Below, one piece after another: positions 1 through 9,037 of a DNA stretch of 64,000 nucleotides; the stretch's first letter is position 1, and each line of letters starts with the position of its first letter. The stretch lies in assembly GCA_965652295.1 (NCBI GenBank), contig CBFGTS010000003.1, forward strand, positions 1-64,000. The letters are read 5' to 3'. The translations under genes and the position numbers were made by a program. The stretch comes from an uncultured Haloferula sp. GTDB taxonomy: Bacteria; Verrucomicrobiota; Verrucomicrobiia; Verrucomicrobiales; Akkermansiaceae. The notes under the pieces are model-generated. The model had not been told where the DNA came from and made no database searches. It worked only from the letters and a program-made list of their open reading frames with translations.

Positions 1-63
1 AGCATGCCACGCCTCAAAATCGAGTACCAGTCCCTTTTGAGATAGCTTCTAGAAAGAGAAATG

Positions 64-194
64 AACCGCAGATGGACGCAGATGAACGCTGATTTTAAGC
101 GTTTTATGTAGAGATCGAGAGCAATCCTGCGGGTGAACCCCGAAACCGACGCCTCTCTTGGAATATCTGCGTGTATCCGCGTTCATCTGCGGTT
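64..194. repeat. Miniature inverted repeat with 30-bp arms of 10-bp periodicity (CGCAGATGRA)
   Basis: Left arm 64-93 AACCGCAGATGGACGCAGATGAACGCTGAT matches the reverse complement of 165-194 at 25/30 positions. Confidence 0.8.
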
Positions 195-239
195 CTATTT
201 TCCTATTTGGGATCGCGAGTGGGCGGATGCAGCCGCGCC

Positions 240-1454
240 CTATTGATCGCTCGGGCGGCGGTCGGTGGTACCGGCGAGCCAGGCTTTGACCTCGCCCACA
301 AGAAACAAGGAGCCGGCGACGAGAACGGGACCGGGAGTGGCGAGGACGCGCTTCATGGCTTCATCCATGGTGGAATGCTCCTCCACTCCGGTGGCGAAGG
401 CCTGAGCCAACTCTGCGGTGGACAGGGCGCGGGGGGTGTCCACGGCGACGACATGGACTTCCGTGGCCAAAGGCTCCAGCTCGCGGGCGATGCCGGCAAC
501 GTCCTTGGCGGCCACGGCACTGAAGAGCAGCGTCGCTTTCTTTTCGCCGAAGCGCTCGCTCCATGCCCGGGCGAGCGCGGCGGCACCCTGAGGGTTGTGA
601 GCCCCATCTAGGATGAGCGTTTGGGCATCGCGCTCGATCACTTCAAAGCGCCCCGGCCAGGAGATATAGCTCAGCCCGTGGATCAGAGTCTCGTAGTTCA
701 CGCGCAGCCCCGCGGCGTAGGCGCACTCGACGGCGAGCGCCGCGTTCCATGCCTGGTGCTGCCCGGCGAGTTGGATCGGGTAGCCGATGAGCGGGCTGGC
801 GATGAACGATAGCGGCGATCGCACTTCGTTCGCCTCCATCTCGAGCACCCGCCGGGCTTCGGATTCCTGCGGAACGCTGAAGGCGGGCTTGCCCTCGACG
901 AAGATGCCGGCCTTTTCGAAAGCGATCTCGCGCAGCGTTTCGCCGAGATACTGGGTGTGGTCGAGCCCGATGGGCGTGATGCCGCAGACGTCCGCCGGCA
1001 CGGCGGTGGTGGCATCGAACCGCCCGCCCATACCGGTCTCGAGCACGATCAGCTCGCACTCCCGCTCGCGGAACCACCTCATCGCCAGTACGAGTGCGAT
1101 CTCGAAAAAGGTCGGATGCGGATCGAAGGTCTCGCAGATGCCTCGCAGCTCGGTGAGCATGGCGGCGCAGGCTTCCTCCGGGATTTCTTCGCCACTGACC
1201 CGGATCCGCTCGCGGAAATCGATGAGGTGCGGCGAGGTGAAGAGCCCCGTGCGGTGGCCGCCGGCGCGCGCGATCGAATCGATCATGGCGCAAGTACTAC
1301 CCTTGCCGTTGGTGCCTGCGATGTGGATCACCTTCACGCCATGCGCCGGATGGGCGAGGTATTCCTTCAGCAGCTGGCGCGGACCATCAAGGCCGAGCTT
1401 GATGCCGAAGAGCTGCGTGGAATATAGCCAGTCGATGGCCTCGCGGTAGGTCAT
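240..1454 (-). CDS. folC: Bifunctional folylpolyglutamate synthase/dihydrofolate synthase
   Basis: IHIAGTNGKGST P-loop, TSPHL..FRERI, LETGMGGRFDAT, WPGRFE, LDGAHNP, AGSLFLVGE. Confidence 0.96.
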   Translation of the reverse strand: MTYREAIDWLYSTQLFGIKLGLDGPRQLLKEYLAHPAHGVKVIHIAGTNGKGSTCAMIDSIARAGGHRTGLFTSPHLIDFRERIRVSGEEIPEEACAAMLTELRGICETFDPHPTFFEIALVLAMRWFRERECELIVLETGMGGRFDATTAVPADVCGITPIGLDHTQYLGETLREIAFEKAGIFVEGKPAFSVPQESEARRVLEMEANEVRSPLSFIASPLIGYPIQLAGQHQAWNAALAVECAYAAGLRVNYETLIHGLSYISWPGRFEVIERDAQTLILDGAHNPQGAAALARAWSERFGEKKATLLFSAVAAKDVAGIARELEPLATEVHVVAVDTPRALSTAELAQAFATGVEEHSTMDEAMKRVLATPGPVLVAGSLFLVGEVKAWLAGTTDRRPSDQ

Positions 1455-1496
1455 GGGAGTGTTCCGGAGCAACTTCAGGATGAAATCGGGGCCAAC

Positions 1497-1649
1497 TCAC
1501 TTGATCAGGTCATCGACACGCGATCGGAAATTATCCCACGACAGCATCTCCACCTCCCCGCACTCGACTTGCGCCAGCCGCTCTTGGGCGATGCGGATGC
1601 ATTCCTTTTCCTGTTCCAGGATCGCCTGGGCCTTTGCCGTCATCACCAT
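1497..1649 (-). CDS. Short putative addiction-module (TIGR02574-like) antitoxin, probably internally truncated (50 aa; absent from ORF track)
   Basis: Manual translation MVMTAKAQAILEQEKECIRIAQERLAQVECGEVEMLSWDNFRSRVDDLIK; pattern E..RL.....GEV....W....R. Confidence 0.5.
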   Translation of the reverse strand: MVMTAKAQAILEQEKECIRIAQERLAQVECGEVEMLSWDNFRSRVDDLIK

Positions 1650-1689
1650 ACAGTCTAGCCACGCCGTCAGTTCGTCGCAAGCTCCCGGC

Positions 1690-2517
1690 TCAGGGCATCA
1701 TGTAGGCGAGCAGCGTGACCAGTTTGTCGCGCATCTTTCCCCGGGGAACGATGGCGTCGATGAGGCCATGTTCCATCATGAACTCGGCGGTCTGGAAACC
1801 GGGCGGCAGGTTCTGGTGGGTCGTCTCCTTGACCACCCGCGGCCCGGCAAAACCGATCATGCACTTCGGCTCCGCGAGATTGATATCGCCGATGGTCGCG
1901 AAGCTGGCGGTCACCCCGCCGGTGGTCGGGTGGGTGAGCACCGAAATATAAGGCAGCCCGGCCTCGCCGAGGCGGGCGAGCGCTCCGCAGGTCTTGGCCA
2001 TCTGCATGAGCGAGAGCATGCCTTCCTGCATGCGGGCACCGGACGAGGCGGACACGATGATCATGCCGCGCTTCTCCTGGATCGCCAGCTCGATGGCACG
2101 GGTGATTTTTTCCCCGACCACGGAACCCATGGATCCGGCGAAGAACTTGAAATCCATCACCGCGATCATCGCCGGCTTGCCACCGAGGGTGAGGCGGCCG
2201 GTCACGACCGCGTCTTCGAGGCCGGTCGATTCCCGCAGTGCGATGGTTTTCTCCTGATAGCGGTCGAAGCCGAGGGGGTTGGCGGAGACGAGGCCGGCCG
2301 AGGTTTCCTCGAAGCTGCCGGAGTCGGCGAGCAGCGCGACGCGATCGCGGGAGCCGAGCAGGAAATGATACCCGCAGTGGTGGCAGGTCTGGTGATGCTG
2401 GCGCAGCTCAAGCTGGTGGAGCATGGCCGAGCAGTCCGGGCACTTGGTCCACAGCCCTTCCGGCATCGCGTCCTTGGCTTTGTTCTTGCGAAGCGGCGGT
2501 CGATCGAAAATCCCCAT
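1690..2517 (-). CDS. accD: Acetyl-CoA carboxylase carboxyltransferase beta subunit
   Basis: GLWTKCPDC...CHHC zinc finger, GSMGSVVGEK, SGARMQEG, TTGGVTASFA, GFAGPRV. Confidence 0.97.
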   Translation of the reverse strand: MGIFDRPPLRKNKAKDAMPEGLWTKCPDCSAMLHQLELRQHHQTCHHCGYHFLLGSRDRVALLADSGSFEETSAGLVSANPLGFDRYQEKTIALRESTGLEDAVVTGRLTLGGKPAMIAVMDFKFFAGSMGSVVGEKITRAIELAIQEKRGMIIVSASSGARMQEGMLSLMQMAKTCGALARLGEAGLPYISVLTHPTTGGVTASFATIGDINLAEPKCMIGFAGPRVVKETTHQNLPPGFQTAEFMMEHGLIDAIVPRGKMRDKLVTLLAYMMP

Positions 2518-2580
2518 GGTCGGTTTTCTCTGAAGAGATCTGAAAATGAATGGCACGCAGCGGGATGCGCGAGCCCGAGG

Positions 2581-3318
2581 CTAGCCACGCATCACGGTGA
2601 CGACAACCACCTTTTGGACGCCGCCCTTGGTTAGGACGCGCGCGCACTCGTGCACGGTGGAGCCGGTGGTGAACACGTCGTCCACCAGAATCGCGCCGGG
2701 CCAGGCTCCCACCTCGCGACGGAGCTGGAAGGCGCCGCGAAGGTTCTTCTGCCGCTCCTTGCGACTGAGACGGGTCTGGGTTGGCGTGGCCTTGGTCCGA
2801 CGCAGCACCTCGATCACCGGCAAATCGAGCGCCCGGCCCAAAGGAGACGCGATCTCCAGCGCCTGATTGAAACGCCGCCAGCCGCGCCGCCGCCAGTGCA
2901 GCGGCACCGGAACCAACGGCCAGCGTTGTTTCACCGCCACCTCAAGCCGCGGATCGTCGAAGGCGCGCCGGGCGAACATGGCGAGATCGCGGGCCAGCTC
3001 GATGCGGCGACCGTATTTGAACTGATGGACCAGCTCCATGCCGGTGGACGAACGCTTCATGCCGGAGCGGGCGAACTCGAACGCGAAGGATTGGTCGCGG
3101 CAATTCGGGCACTCGAAGGGCCCTTCGATCCGCCCGTCGAAGACCTCCGAGCAGGTTTCACAGAATGGCTCGACGATGGGCGGCATGGCACCGGCGCAAA
3201 CGTCGCAAACCGATCCGCCACCCGTCACCGCTTCCTCACACACACGGCAGACGCCCGGGAAAAACCAGTCCATGGTCCGCCCAAGCAAGCTGCGCCAGTG
3301 CGCCGGCATCTCAGCCAT
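2581..3318 (-). CDS. comF: ComF family protein (double zinc ribbon plus phosphoribosyltransferase domain)
   Basis: Multiple CxxC pairs, PVPLH..R...RRFNQ, LVDDVFTTGST. Confidence 0.9.
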   Translation of the reverse strand: MAEMPAHWRSLLGRTMDWFFPGVCRVCEEAVTGGGSVCDVCAGAMPPIVEPFCETCSEVFDGRIEGPFECPNCRDQSFAFEFARSGMKRSSTGMELVHQFKYGRRIELARDLAMFARRAFDDPRLEVAVKQRWPLVPVPLHWRRRGWRRFNQALEIASPLGRALDLPVIEVLRRTKATPTQTRLSRKERQKNLRGAFQLRREVGAWPGAILVDDVFTTGSTVHECARVLTKGGVQKVVVVTVMRG

Positions 3319-4345
3319 GGCCGGGAAGATCTCGGCTGCGCCGGGTCACCGCCATCACCAGCATGCCCGTCACCACCGTGAGGCCGAACGGCACGAGGCC
3401 CTCGATGATCGAGGTCCCGACCATCAGCCGCGCCATTTCCGGCAAGCCGGAGACCGGCCAGGTCACCCCTTTGAAGAGCTGGTAAGCAAAAACCCAGCCG
3501 GCGTGGAGACCGATCGGCATCCACAGCGAAGCCGTCCGCCAGCGGGCCAGCGCCAGCACCACGCCGATGGCGAAAATCGTGAGAAAGCGCCCGACCAACT
3601 CGGCAGGATCGATGAAATTGTGGAGGATCTGCCGAAGCAGAACGAAGCCCGCGTCGAGGGCCTCGGGATCGGGCACGCGGCTGCCGGCCGGCGGCTCCAG
3701 GAAATGCACGGCCGCAAAGATCAGCGAGAGGGACAAGATCGCCGCCGCGGGTCGCATGGCCCTCAAAAACACGCCGAGAAGCACCCCGCGGAAGAGCACC
3801 TCCTCGATCACCGCGACAATCGCTGAAGTCAGCAGCCCCTTGCGCAGGATCGAGCCCCATTTGATCTCCGCCACCAGCGGATTGGCCACCCCGCGGGCCG
3901 AACTCTCGGCATCGCGCCAGACGAAGAACCCGGCATAGGTGAGCACCCAGCCGGACACCAGCAGCAACCCCGCGGCCACCAGAAACCCGATCAGCAGCTG
4001 CGTCGGCCCGTGTGGGTTTTTCGCCAACTTCTGGCCCGGGCGTCCCGCGGCGGCGTCAGGGATCGCGGTCGACCACCCACCGGTCTCCGGCTTTCCCCGC
4101 CCCAGTTTCAGCCAACCGAAAAGCGGGACCAGCAGCACGACGGCCGCAAGCAACACCGAACGATCAAAAAAACGGGGGAAGTTGTCCTGCGAACGGCGCG
4201 CCGCGGCCCCCAGCCATTCGACCACTCCGTTGGTGTCTTTGCCCTCGGTCACCTCGGCGATGCCCATCCCGAAATTGTAAACCCACGGTGCCAGAGCCGC
4301 ACCCAGCACGAGACTCGCCACCAGATAAACGCCGATCTTGAACAC
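3311..4345 (-). CDS. CPBP/CAAX (Abi) family intramembrane metalloprotease
   Basis: EEVLFRG, FAAVHF and IGLHAGW motifs; multiple TM segments; GTG start is an estimate. Confidence 0.88.
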   Translation of the reverse strand: MFKIGVYLVASLVLGAALAPWVYNFGMGIAEVTEGKDTNGVVEWLGAAARRSQDNFPRFFDRSVLLAAVVLLVPLFGWLKLGRGKPETGGWSTAIPDAAAGRPGQKLAKNPHGPTQLLIGFLVAAGLLLVSGWVLTYAGFFVWRDAESSARGVANPLVAEIKWGSILRKGLLTSAIVAVIEEVLFRGVLLGVFLRAMRPAAAILSLSLIFAAVHFLEPPAGSRVPDPEALDAGFVLLRQILHNFIDPAELVGRFLTIFAIGVVLALARWRTASLWMPIGLHAGWVFAYQLFKGVTWPVSGLPEMARLMVGTSIIEGLVPFGLTVVTGMLVMAVTRRSRDLPGHG

Positions 4346-4461
4346 GTCGTTATGGGCATATCGGGACACGCAAAGGGACGCTAGGCACCACCGCCCCTCT
4401 GCCAAGAGAAAGTTGCCCCCACGCTTGATCTCAGCCCGGACCGGACCCGATGCTCCGCCGC

Positions 4462-4734
4462 ATGGAATCCCACGAGTGGCGCGAGCGCACCGACGATGGC
4501 CTCCGTTTCTGGCGCGCCACCCGGCATGCCGGGAAATGGACCTTCAAAACCACCCTCAAGACCGACCCGGACTGGGAGCCGATCGATCCCGTCCCGCGGG
4601 AGTTGTGGGAAACGCTGCGCGAAATCCTGTGGCGCAAATACCAGCGCAAACGCTGCCCGTGGAAGTTGATCGACGACATCGACAAGCTGTTGGAATCGGA
4701 CGGCGACGCCTTTCCGGCCGAACCTCATGGCTGA
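4462..4734 (+). CDS. Small hypothetical protein
   Basis: Genome-like codon usage; Trp/Arg-rich 90 aa ORF; TTGATC...GATGCT promoter-like sequence just upstream. Confidence 0.7.
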   Translation: MESHEWRERTDDGLRFWRATRHAGKWTFKTTLKTDPDWEPIDPVPRELWETLREILWRKYQRKRCPWKLIDDIDKLLESDGDAFPAEPHG

Positions 4735-4786
4735 CGGGCCGACTTCCCTCTTGTGGGACGCGGGTGCCCGGCTTCCTATCGGGAGC

Positions 4787-5863
4787 ATGACATCGGCCGA
4801 CCGCGAATTCCTCCACGAGCTTCTCGAAACCCCGAGTCCCACGGGCCGCGAAATGCCGGGTCAGCGGGTCTGGGCGAGCCACATCGGCAAGGTCGCCGAC
4901 TCCGTGACCTGCGATGCCTACGGCTCCACCTGGGCGACCCTTGAGGGCACCTCAAAGCGCAGCGTCGTGCTCGCCGCTCACGCCGACGAGATCGGCTGGA
5001 TGATCCGCCACGTGCAGAGCGATGGTTTCCTGCGACTCGAACGCGTCGGCGGCTCGGACCACGCCGCCGCCCTCGGCCGTCGGCTGCGCTTCCTCGGTGA
5101 CAAAGGCGAGGTCGCCGGCATCATCGGCAACACCGCCATCCATCTGCGTCGCGACAACTCGGGCGATGAAAAGGCACCGAAGATCCACGAGTTGTGGGTG
5201 GATGTCGGGGCCTCATCCGCCGAAGAAGTCGCCGAACTCGGCCTGCGTGTCGGCCACTTCGCCGTCTATACCGATGGCCCCGCCGAACTCGCCCACAAGC
5301 GCATCATTTCCCGCGCCCTCGACAACCGGATCGGCGGCTACATCATCGCCCAAGCCATGAAACGCGTGGCCAAGGCGAAGCAAAAGCCCGCTCTCACCCT
5401 CGTCTGCCTCAACACCGTGCAGGAGGAAATCGGCGGCCACGGCGCGATCATGACCGCCTACTCGCTGCGGCCCGACCTCTGCATCTGTCTCGACGTCACC
5501 CACGCCACCGACACGCCGGATATCGATGTGAAAAAGCACGGCCTCGTCCGCCTCGGGGGCGGTCCCGCGTTGACCCACGGTACCGCCAACCATCCGCTGG
5601 TCGTCGAGCGCCTGATGGAAACCGCCACCCGTCGCGAAATCCCCATCCAGCACGAAGCGAGCAGTCGTTTCACCGGCACGGATACCGACAAGATTTTCCA
5701 CCAGCGCGGCGGTATTCCCAGCGCCTTGGTTTCCCTGCCGCTGCGCTGCATGCACTCGGTGGTGGAAACGGCGCATCTCGACGACATCGAACGCACCATC
5801 GACCTGCTCGCTTCCTTTGTCCTCGGACTCACGGAGGACGACCTCTTTCATCAAACCTTGTGA
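4787..5863 (+). CDS. M42 family metallo-aminopeptidase
   Basis: SPTGRE, AHADEIG, ALDNRIG, VQEEIG, LDVTHA, GTDTD, MHSVVE. Confidence 0.92.
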   Translation: MTSADREFLHELLETPSPTGREMPGQRVWASHIGKVADSVTCDAYGSTWATLEGTSKRSVVLAAHADEIGWMIRHVQSDGFLRLERVGGSDHAAALGRRLRFLGDKGEVAGIIGNTAIHLRRDNSGDEKAPKIHELWVDVGASSAEEVAELGLRVGHFAVYTDGPAELAHKRIISRALDNRIGGYIIAQAMKRVAKAKQKPALTLVCLNTVQEEIGGHGAIMTAYSLRPDLCICLDVTHATDTPDIDVKKHGLVRLGGGPALTHGTANHPLVVERLMETATRREIPIQHEASSRFTGTDTDKIFHQRGGIPSALVSLPLRCMHSVVETAHLDDIERTIDLLASFVLGLTEDDLFHQTL

Positions 5864-7749
5864 TCCGACCGCTGCTGGGCCTGTTCGTGCTGCTCCCCGC
5901 CCTGATGGCGGCGGAGGAAGACGGGCCTGCCGCCGCGGCTCTGGGTTTTCTGAGCCAACTCCAGTCGATTTCCGCCGCGGATGAGATCGACGCCTCCAAG
6001 CTGACCGCCCTCTTCCCCGGCACCACGCGGGAGAAGCGTCAGGTCATCGAGGCCGGGCTGCGCGAGCTTTCCCAGGACCTCGCCGGAGCGCAGCTTCAAG
6101 TCGTCGAAACCCGCAGCGATACCGGTCTCGCGGGGGTGCTGGTCGCGGCCACTTTCGGGCTCAATGCTTCCGCCTCCGAAGTCCATCCCGTCGCCCTGAT
6201 CGCCCGAGAGGAGACCTGGCATCCCGCGCCGGTCCCGGGGTCGTTCGAGAACCTCGGCATCGACTACCTCCCCTCCCTCGCCAAGCCCGCCGGCCGCCTG
6301 ACGACCTGGCTGAAAGACGGAGCCCGCGAGCAGACCCGGTTGCTCCAAGCCGGCATCCTCCGCAGCCTCAGGGAAAGCGTGCGCGAGACGGAGTTGGCTC
6401 ACCGGCCCGCGAACACCACGCCTTCCGAGCTACTCGAGGAGTTTCTCGCCGCCGTTTCCCGCCGCGATCTCCCCGCGGTACTGGCCTGCGTAGGCGGCGC
6501 CGAAGACCCCATCGACGAAGATTTCCCCGCGACCGCCGCCTTCATCGCCAATACCCTGAATGGCAGCCGGGAATTCACGCTCCCGGACCCGACAGCCTCC
6601 GACCATCTCCTTGCCCTCATCGAGGAAACCATCGAGGCGGACGCCGCCATCGTCGCTCTCGGCGACCTCGACTGCCTGAAGACCCGCCGAGGCCCGGACG
6701 CCCTCAGGGTTCATACTTTCGATTTCCATCGCGGGCCGTCCGGCCGCTGGCAGCTGGATGCATCGCCCGACCTGCTTTTTCCCCGCTCCGCGATACCCTC
6801 CCCCGATCACCAGCAGCGCTTCACGAAATCCCTGCTCGACCAGCATCCACCGCGCCCTGCCGACGATCCCCGGACCCTGGCCACCCGCGCCATCGAGGCC
6901 ATTGCCAAAGGCCGGCCCGAAGCCCTGCTCGAAACCGCCGCCCGCGCACCGGACATCCCGTTGCAGAAGCTCGTCGAACTCCTGCGCTCGCTGACCACCA
7001 CCCGGAAGCTGAACCGCCAGCAGGTGCTACTCGATCTCTCACCACCGAGCGACGGGCAGTCCGCCGCCCTGTGGATCGCCATCGACCTCGCTCGCCCGGA
7101 AATCGAGCCGGATCGCACCGGCCATCTCCTCCTCCAGCAGCAGCCCGGCGGAGGATGGCTCCTCGACCTCCAAAGCGATCCCTCCGACACCGTTGCCGCG
7201 TGGCTGGAGGCACAGCGGAAACACGACGCCGGGCACTGGTATCGACACCTCGGACTCGTCTCCCTGGCCCCGCCACTCGACCCTCCGGAATTGCCTCTTC
7301 CCGCCGCGGAAAAAACCGCCCGCGGGTGGACCACCGCGCTCGACGAATTGGATCCCGTCGGGGCTTTCTCCCATGCCGCCGTGGCCGAGGGGGACGGCCT
7401 CCATGCCCTCCTCGACTACCTCGGCACCGAGTTCGACAGCAACTGCGACCTTGAGGTGCTTCAAATCCATCAGGAGGGACCGTGGACTGCCGCCAGCATC
7501 CGCCATCGACCGCCTGCGAAAGACCAGGCCGCGACCTACTTGCTCCATCCCATCGTCGCCACCCCCGCCGGCCCACGCGTGCTCGCCGCCGGCATTCTCT
7601 ACAGCGAGGACACGCGCGGCCGACGCTTGCTCAACGAGCTTGCCCGCAAGCGACTCGGCGAGCTTTTCCCATCCTCCGATCTCAATCCGCTGCGCGAAAT
7701 CCTTCGCCGCCACGAGAAGCTCGCCGAAGAAGACCGTTCCCACCCCTGA
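5860..7749 (+). CDS. Large exported hypothetical protein
   Basis: GTG start overlaps upstream stop (GTGA); signal-peptide-like N-terminus MIRPLLGLFVLLPALMAA; ends 3 bp before moxR. Confidence 0.7.
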   Translation: MIRPLLGLFVLLPALMAAEEDGPAAAALGFLSQLQSISAADEIDASKLTALFPGTTREKRQVIEAGLRELSQDLAGAQLQVVETRSDTGLAGVLVAATFGLNASASEVHPVALIAREETWHPAPVPGSFENLGIDYLPSLAKPAGRLTTWLKDGAREQTRLLQAGILRSLRESVRETELAHRPANTTPSELLEEFLAAVSRRDLPAVLACVGGAEDPIDEDFPATAAFIANTLNGSREFTLPDPTASDHLLALIEETIEADAAIVALGDLDCLKTRRGPDALRVHTFDFHRGPSGRWQLDASPDLLFPRSAIPSPDHQQRFTKSLLDQHPPRPADDPRTLATRAIEAIAKGRPEALLETAARAPDIPLQKLVELLRSLTTTRKLNRQQVLLDLSPPSDGQSAALWIAIDLARPEIEPDRTGHLLLQQQPGGGWLLDLQSDPSDTVAAWLEAQRKHDAGHWYRHLGLVSLAPPLDPPELPLPAAEKTARGWTTALDELDPVGAFSHAAVAEGDGLHALLDYLGTEFDSNCDLEVLQIHQEGPWTAASIRHRPPAKDQAATYLLHPIVATPAGPRVLAAGILYSEDTRGRRLLNELARKRLGELFPSSDLNPLREILRRHEKLAEEDRSHP

Positions 7750-7752
7750 CCC

Positions 7753-8694
7753 ATGCCCCAAGCCCCGCAGGATACCGCCCTCGCCCTCGAACAATCGGTT
7801 CTCAAGGTCGTCATCGGCCAGGACGCAACCGTCCGCCGCATCCTCGCCTGCTTCGCCGCCGGCGGCCATGCGCTCGTCGAGGACGTTCCCGGCACCGGCA
7901 AGACCACCCTGGCCAAAGCCATCGCGCGCTCGGTCTCCGACACGTCCTTCAAACGCGTCCAGTTCACGCCGGACCTGCTGCCCACCGACATCCTCGGCGT
8001 TTCCATCCTCGATCCCCGCACCCAGGAATTCCGCTTCCGCCCGGGACCGATTTTCACCGACATCCTGCTGGCGGATGAAATCAACCGCGCTTCCCCGCGC
8101 ACCCAATCGGCCCTGCTCGAAGCCATGGCCGAGCGCCAGGTCACGACCGACGGTGAACGTCGTACTTTGGAAGGCATGTTCTTCGTCATCGCCACCCAGA
8201 ATCCGGTCGAATTCCGCGGCACCTATCCGCTCCCCGAGGCACAGATGGACCGCTTCATGATCCGCAGCCGCCTCGGCTACGTCACCCACGAGCAGGAGAT
8301 CGCGATCCTCCAGGACCAGGTGGAGCACCACCCGGTGAACCACCTCGAACCCGTGATCGATCGGGAGGACCTCATCGCCCTGCTCGAAGCCGTCCGCCAC
8401 GTCCGCGTCAGCGAAGCGATCCAGTCCTACATCGTCGGCCTCGTCGCCTCCACCCGCCGCCGGAAGGAGATCCAGCTCGCCGCCAGCCCCCGCGCCTCAC
8501 TTGCCTTGATGCGGATGGCCCAGGCCATGTCCATCTTCGAAGGCCGCGAGTTCGTCATCCCCGAGACCGTCCAAGCCCTCGCCCCCGACGTGATCGCCCA
8601 CCGCCTCGTCATCGAGCCCGAAGCCCGCCTCTCCGGCAGCGATGCCCGCAGCATCGTCAGCGAGATCCTCGCCGAAACCCCGACGCCGGATTGA
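7753..8694 (+). CDS. moxR: MoxR family AAA+ ATPase
   Basis: EDVPGTGKT, QFTPDLLPTD, LADEINRASPRTQSALLEAM, ATQNP, PLPEAQMDRF. Confidence 0.95.
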   Translation: MPQAPQDTALALEQSVLKVVIGQDATVRRILACFAAGGHALVEDVPGTGKTTLAKAIARSVSDTSFKRVQFTPDLLPTDILGVSILDPRTQEFRFRPGPIFTDILLADEINRASPRTQSALLEAMAERQVTTDGERRTLEGMFFVIATQNPVEFRGTYPLPEAQMDRFMIRSRLGYVTHEQEIAILQDQVEHHPVNHLEPVIDREDLIALLEAVRHVRVSEAIQSYIVGLVASTRRRKEIQLAASPRASLALMRMAQAMSIFEGREFVIPETVQALAPDVIAHRLVIEPEARLSGSDARSIVSEILAETPTPD

Positions 8695-8695
8695 C

Positions 8696-8827
8696 CCACC
8701 TGTCAGTGGCATGACCGTCTCGGTCATGGAAGGGGCGAGCCGTCACCATCGCCTAAAAACCACCATCTCCCCAGCCGCTTCGTCATCTCCCGGTCATGAC
8801 CGAGACGGTCATGCCACTGGCAGGTGG
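8696..8827. repeat. REPIN/MITE-like element with 33-bp inverted arms, each containing a palindrome
   Basis: 8696-8728 CCACCTGTCAGTGGCATGACCGTCTCGGTCATG vs reverse complement of 8795-8827 (1 mismatch); internal CATGACCG-TCT-CGGTCATG hairpin. Confidence 0.85.
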
Positions 8828-9037
8828 CTGCAAAACCTTTCAAGCCGTCCACCTTGCGGCTCTGCGACTGGCGACCTCGACGCGGTTGGTGTCCACCTCG
8901 GCCACCCCGACACTCCCGAGGTAAGAGAAGGCCGACAGATCGTCGATATATTTTAGATTTGTATTGATCATGACATCTAAGCGCGCCATGTTTTAAATAC
9001 AACCGTGATTTAAACGGATTCACATCGGGTAAATATT

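Noticed and set aside
1..60. Possible end of a gene entering from the left edge
   Set aside because: Too short to assign frame or family
5194..5859. N-terminal extension of the 851-aa ORF
   Set aside because: Overlaps the M42 peptidase out of frame; GTG at 5860 gives a signal peptide and stop-start coupling
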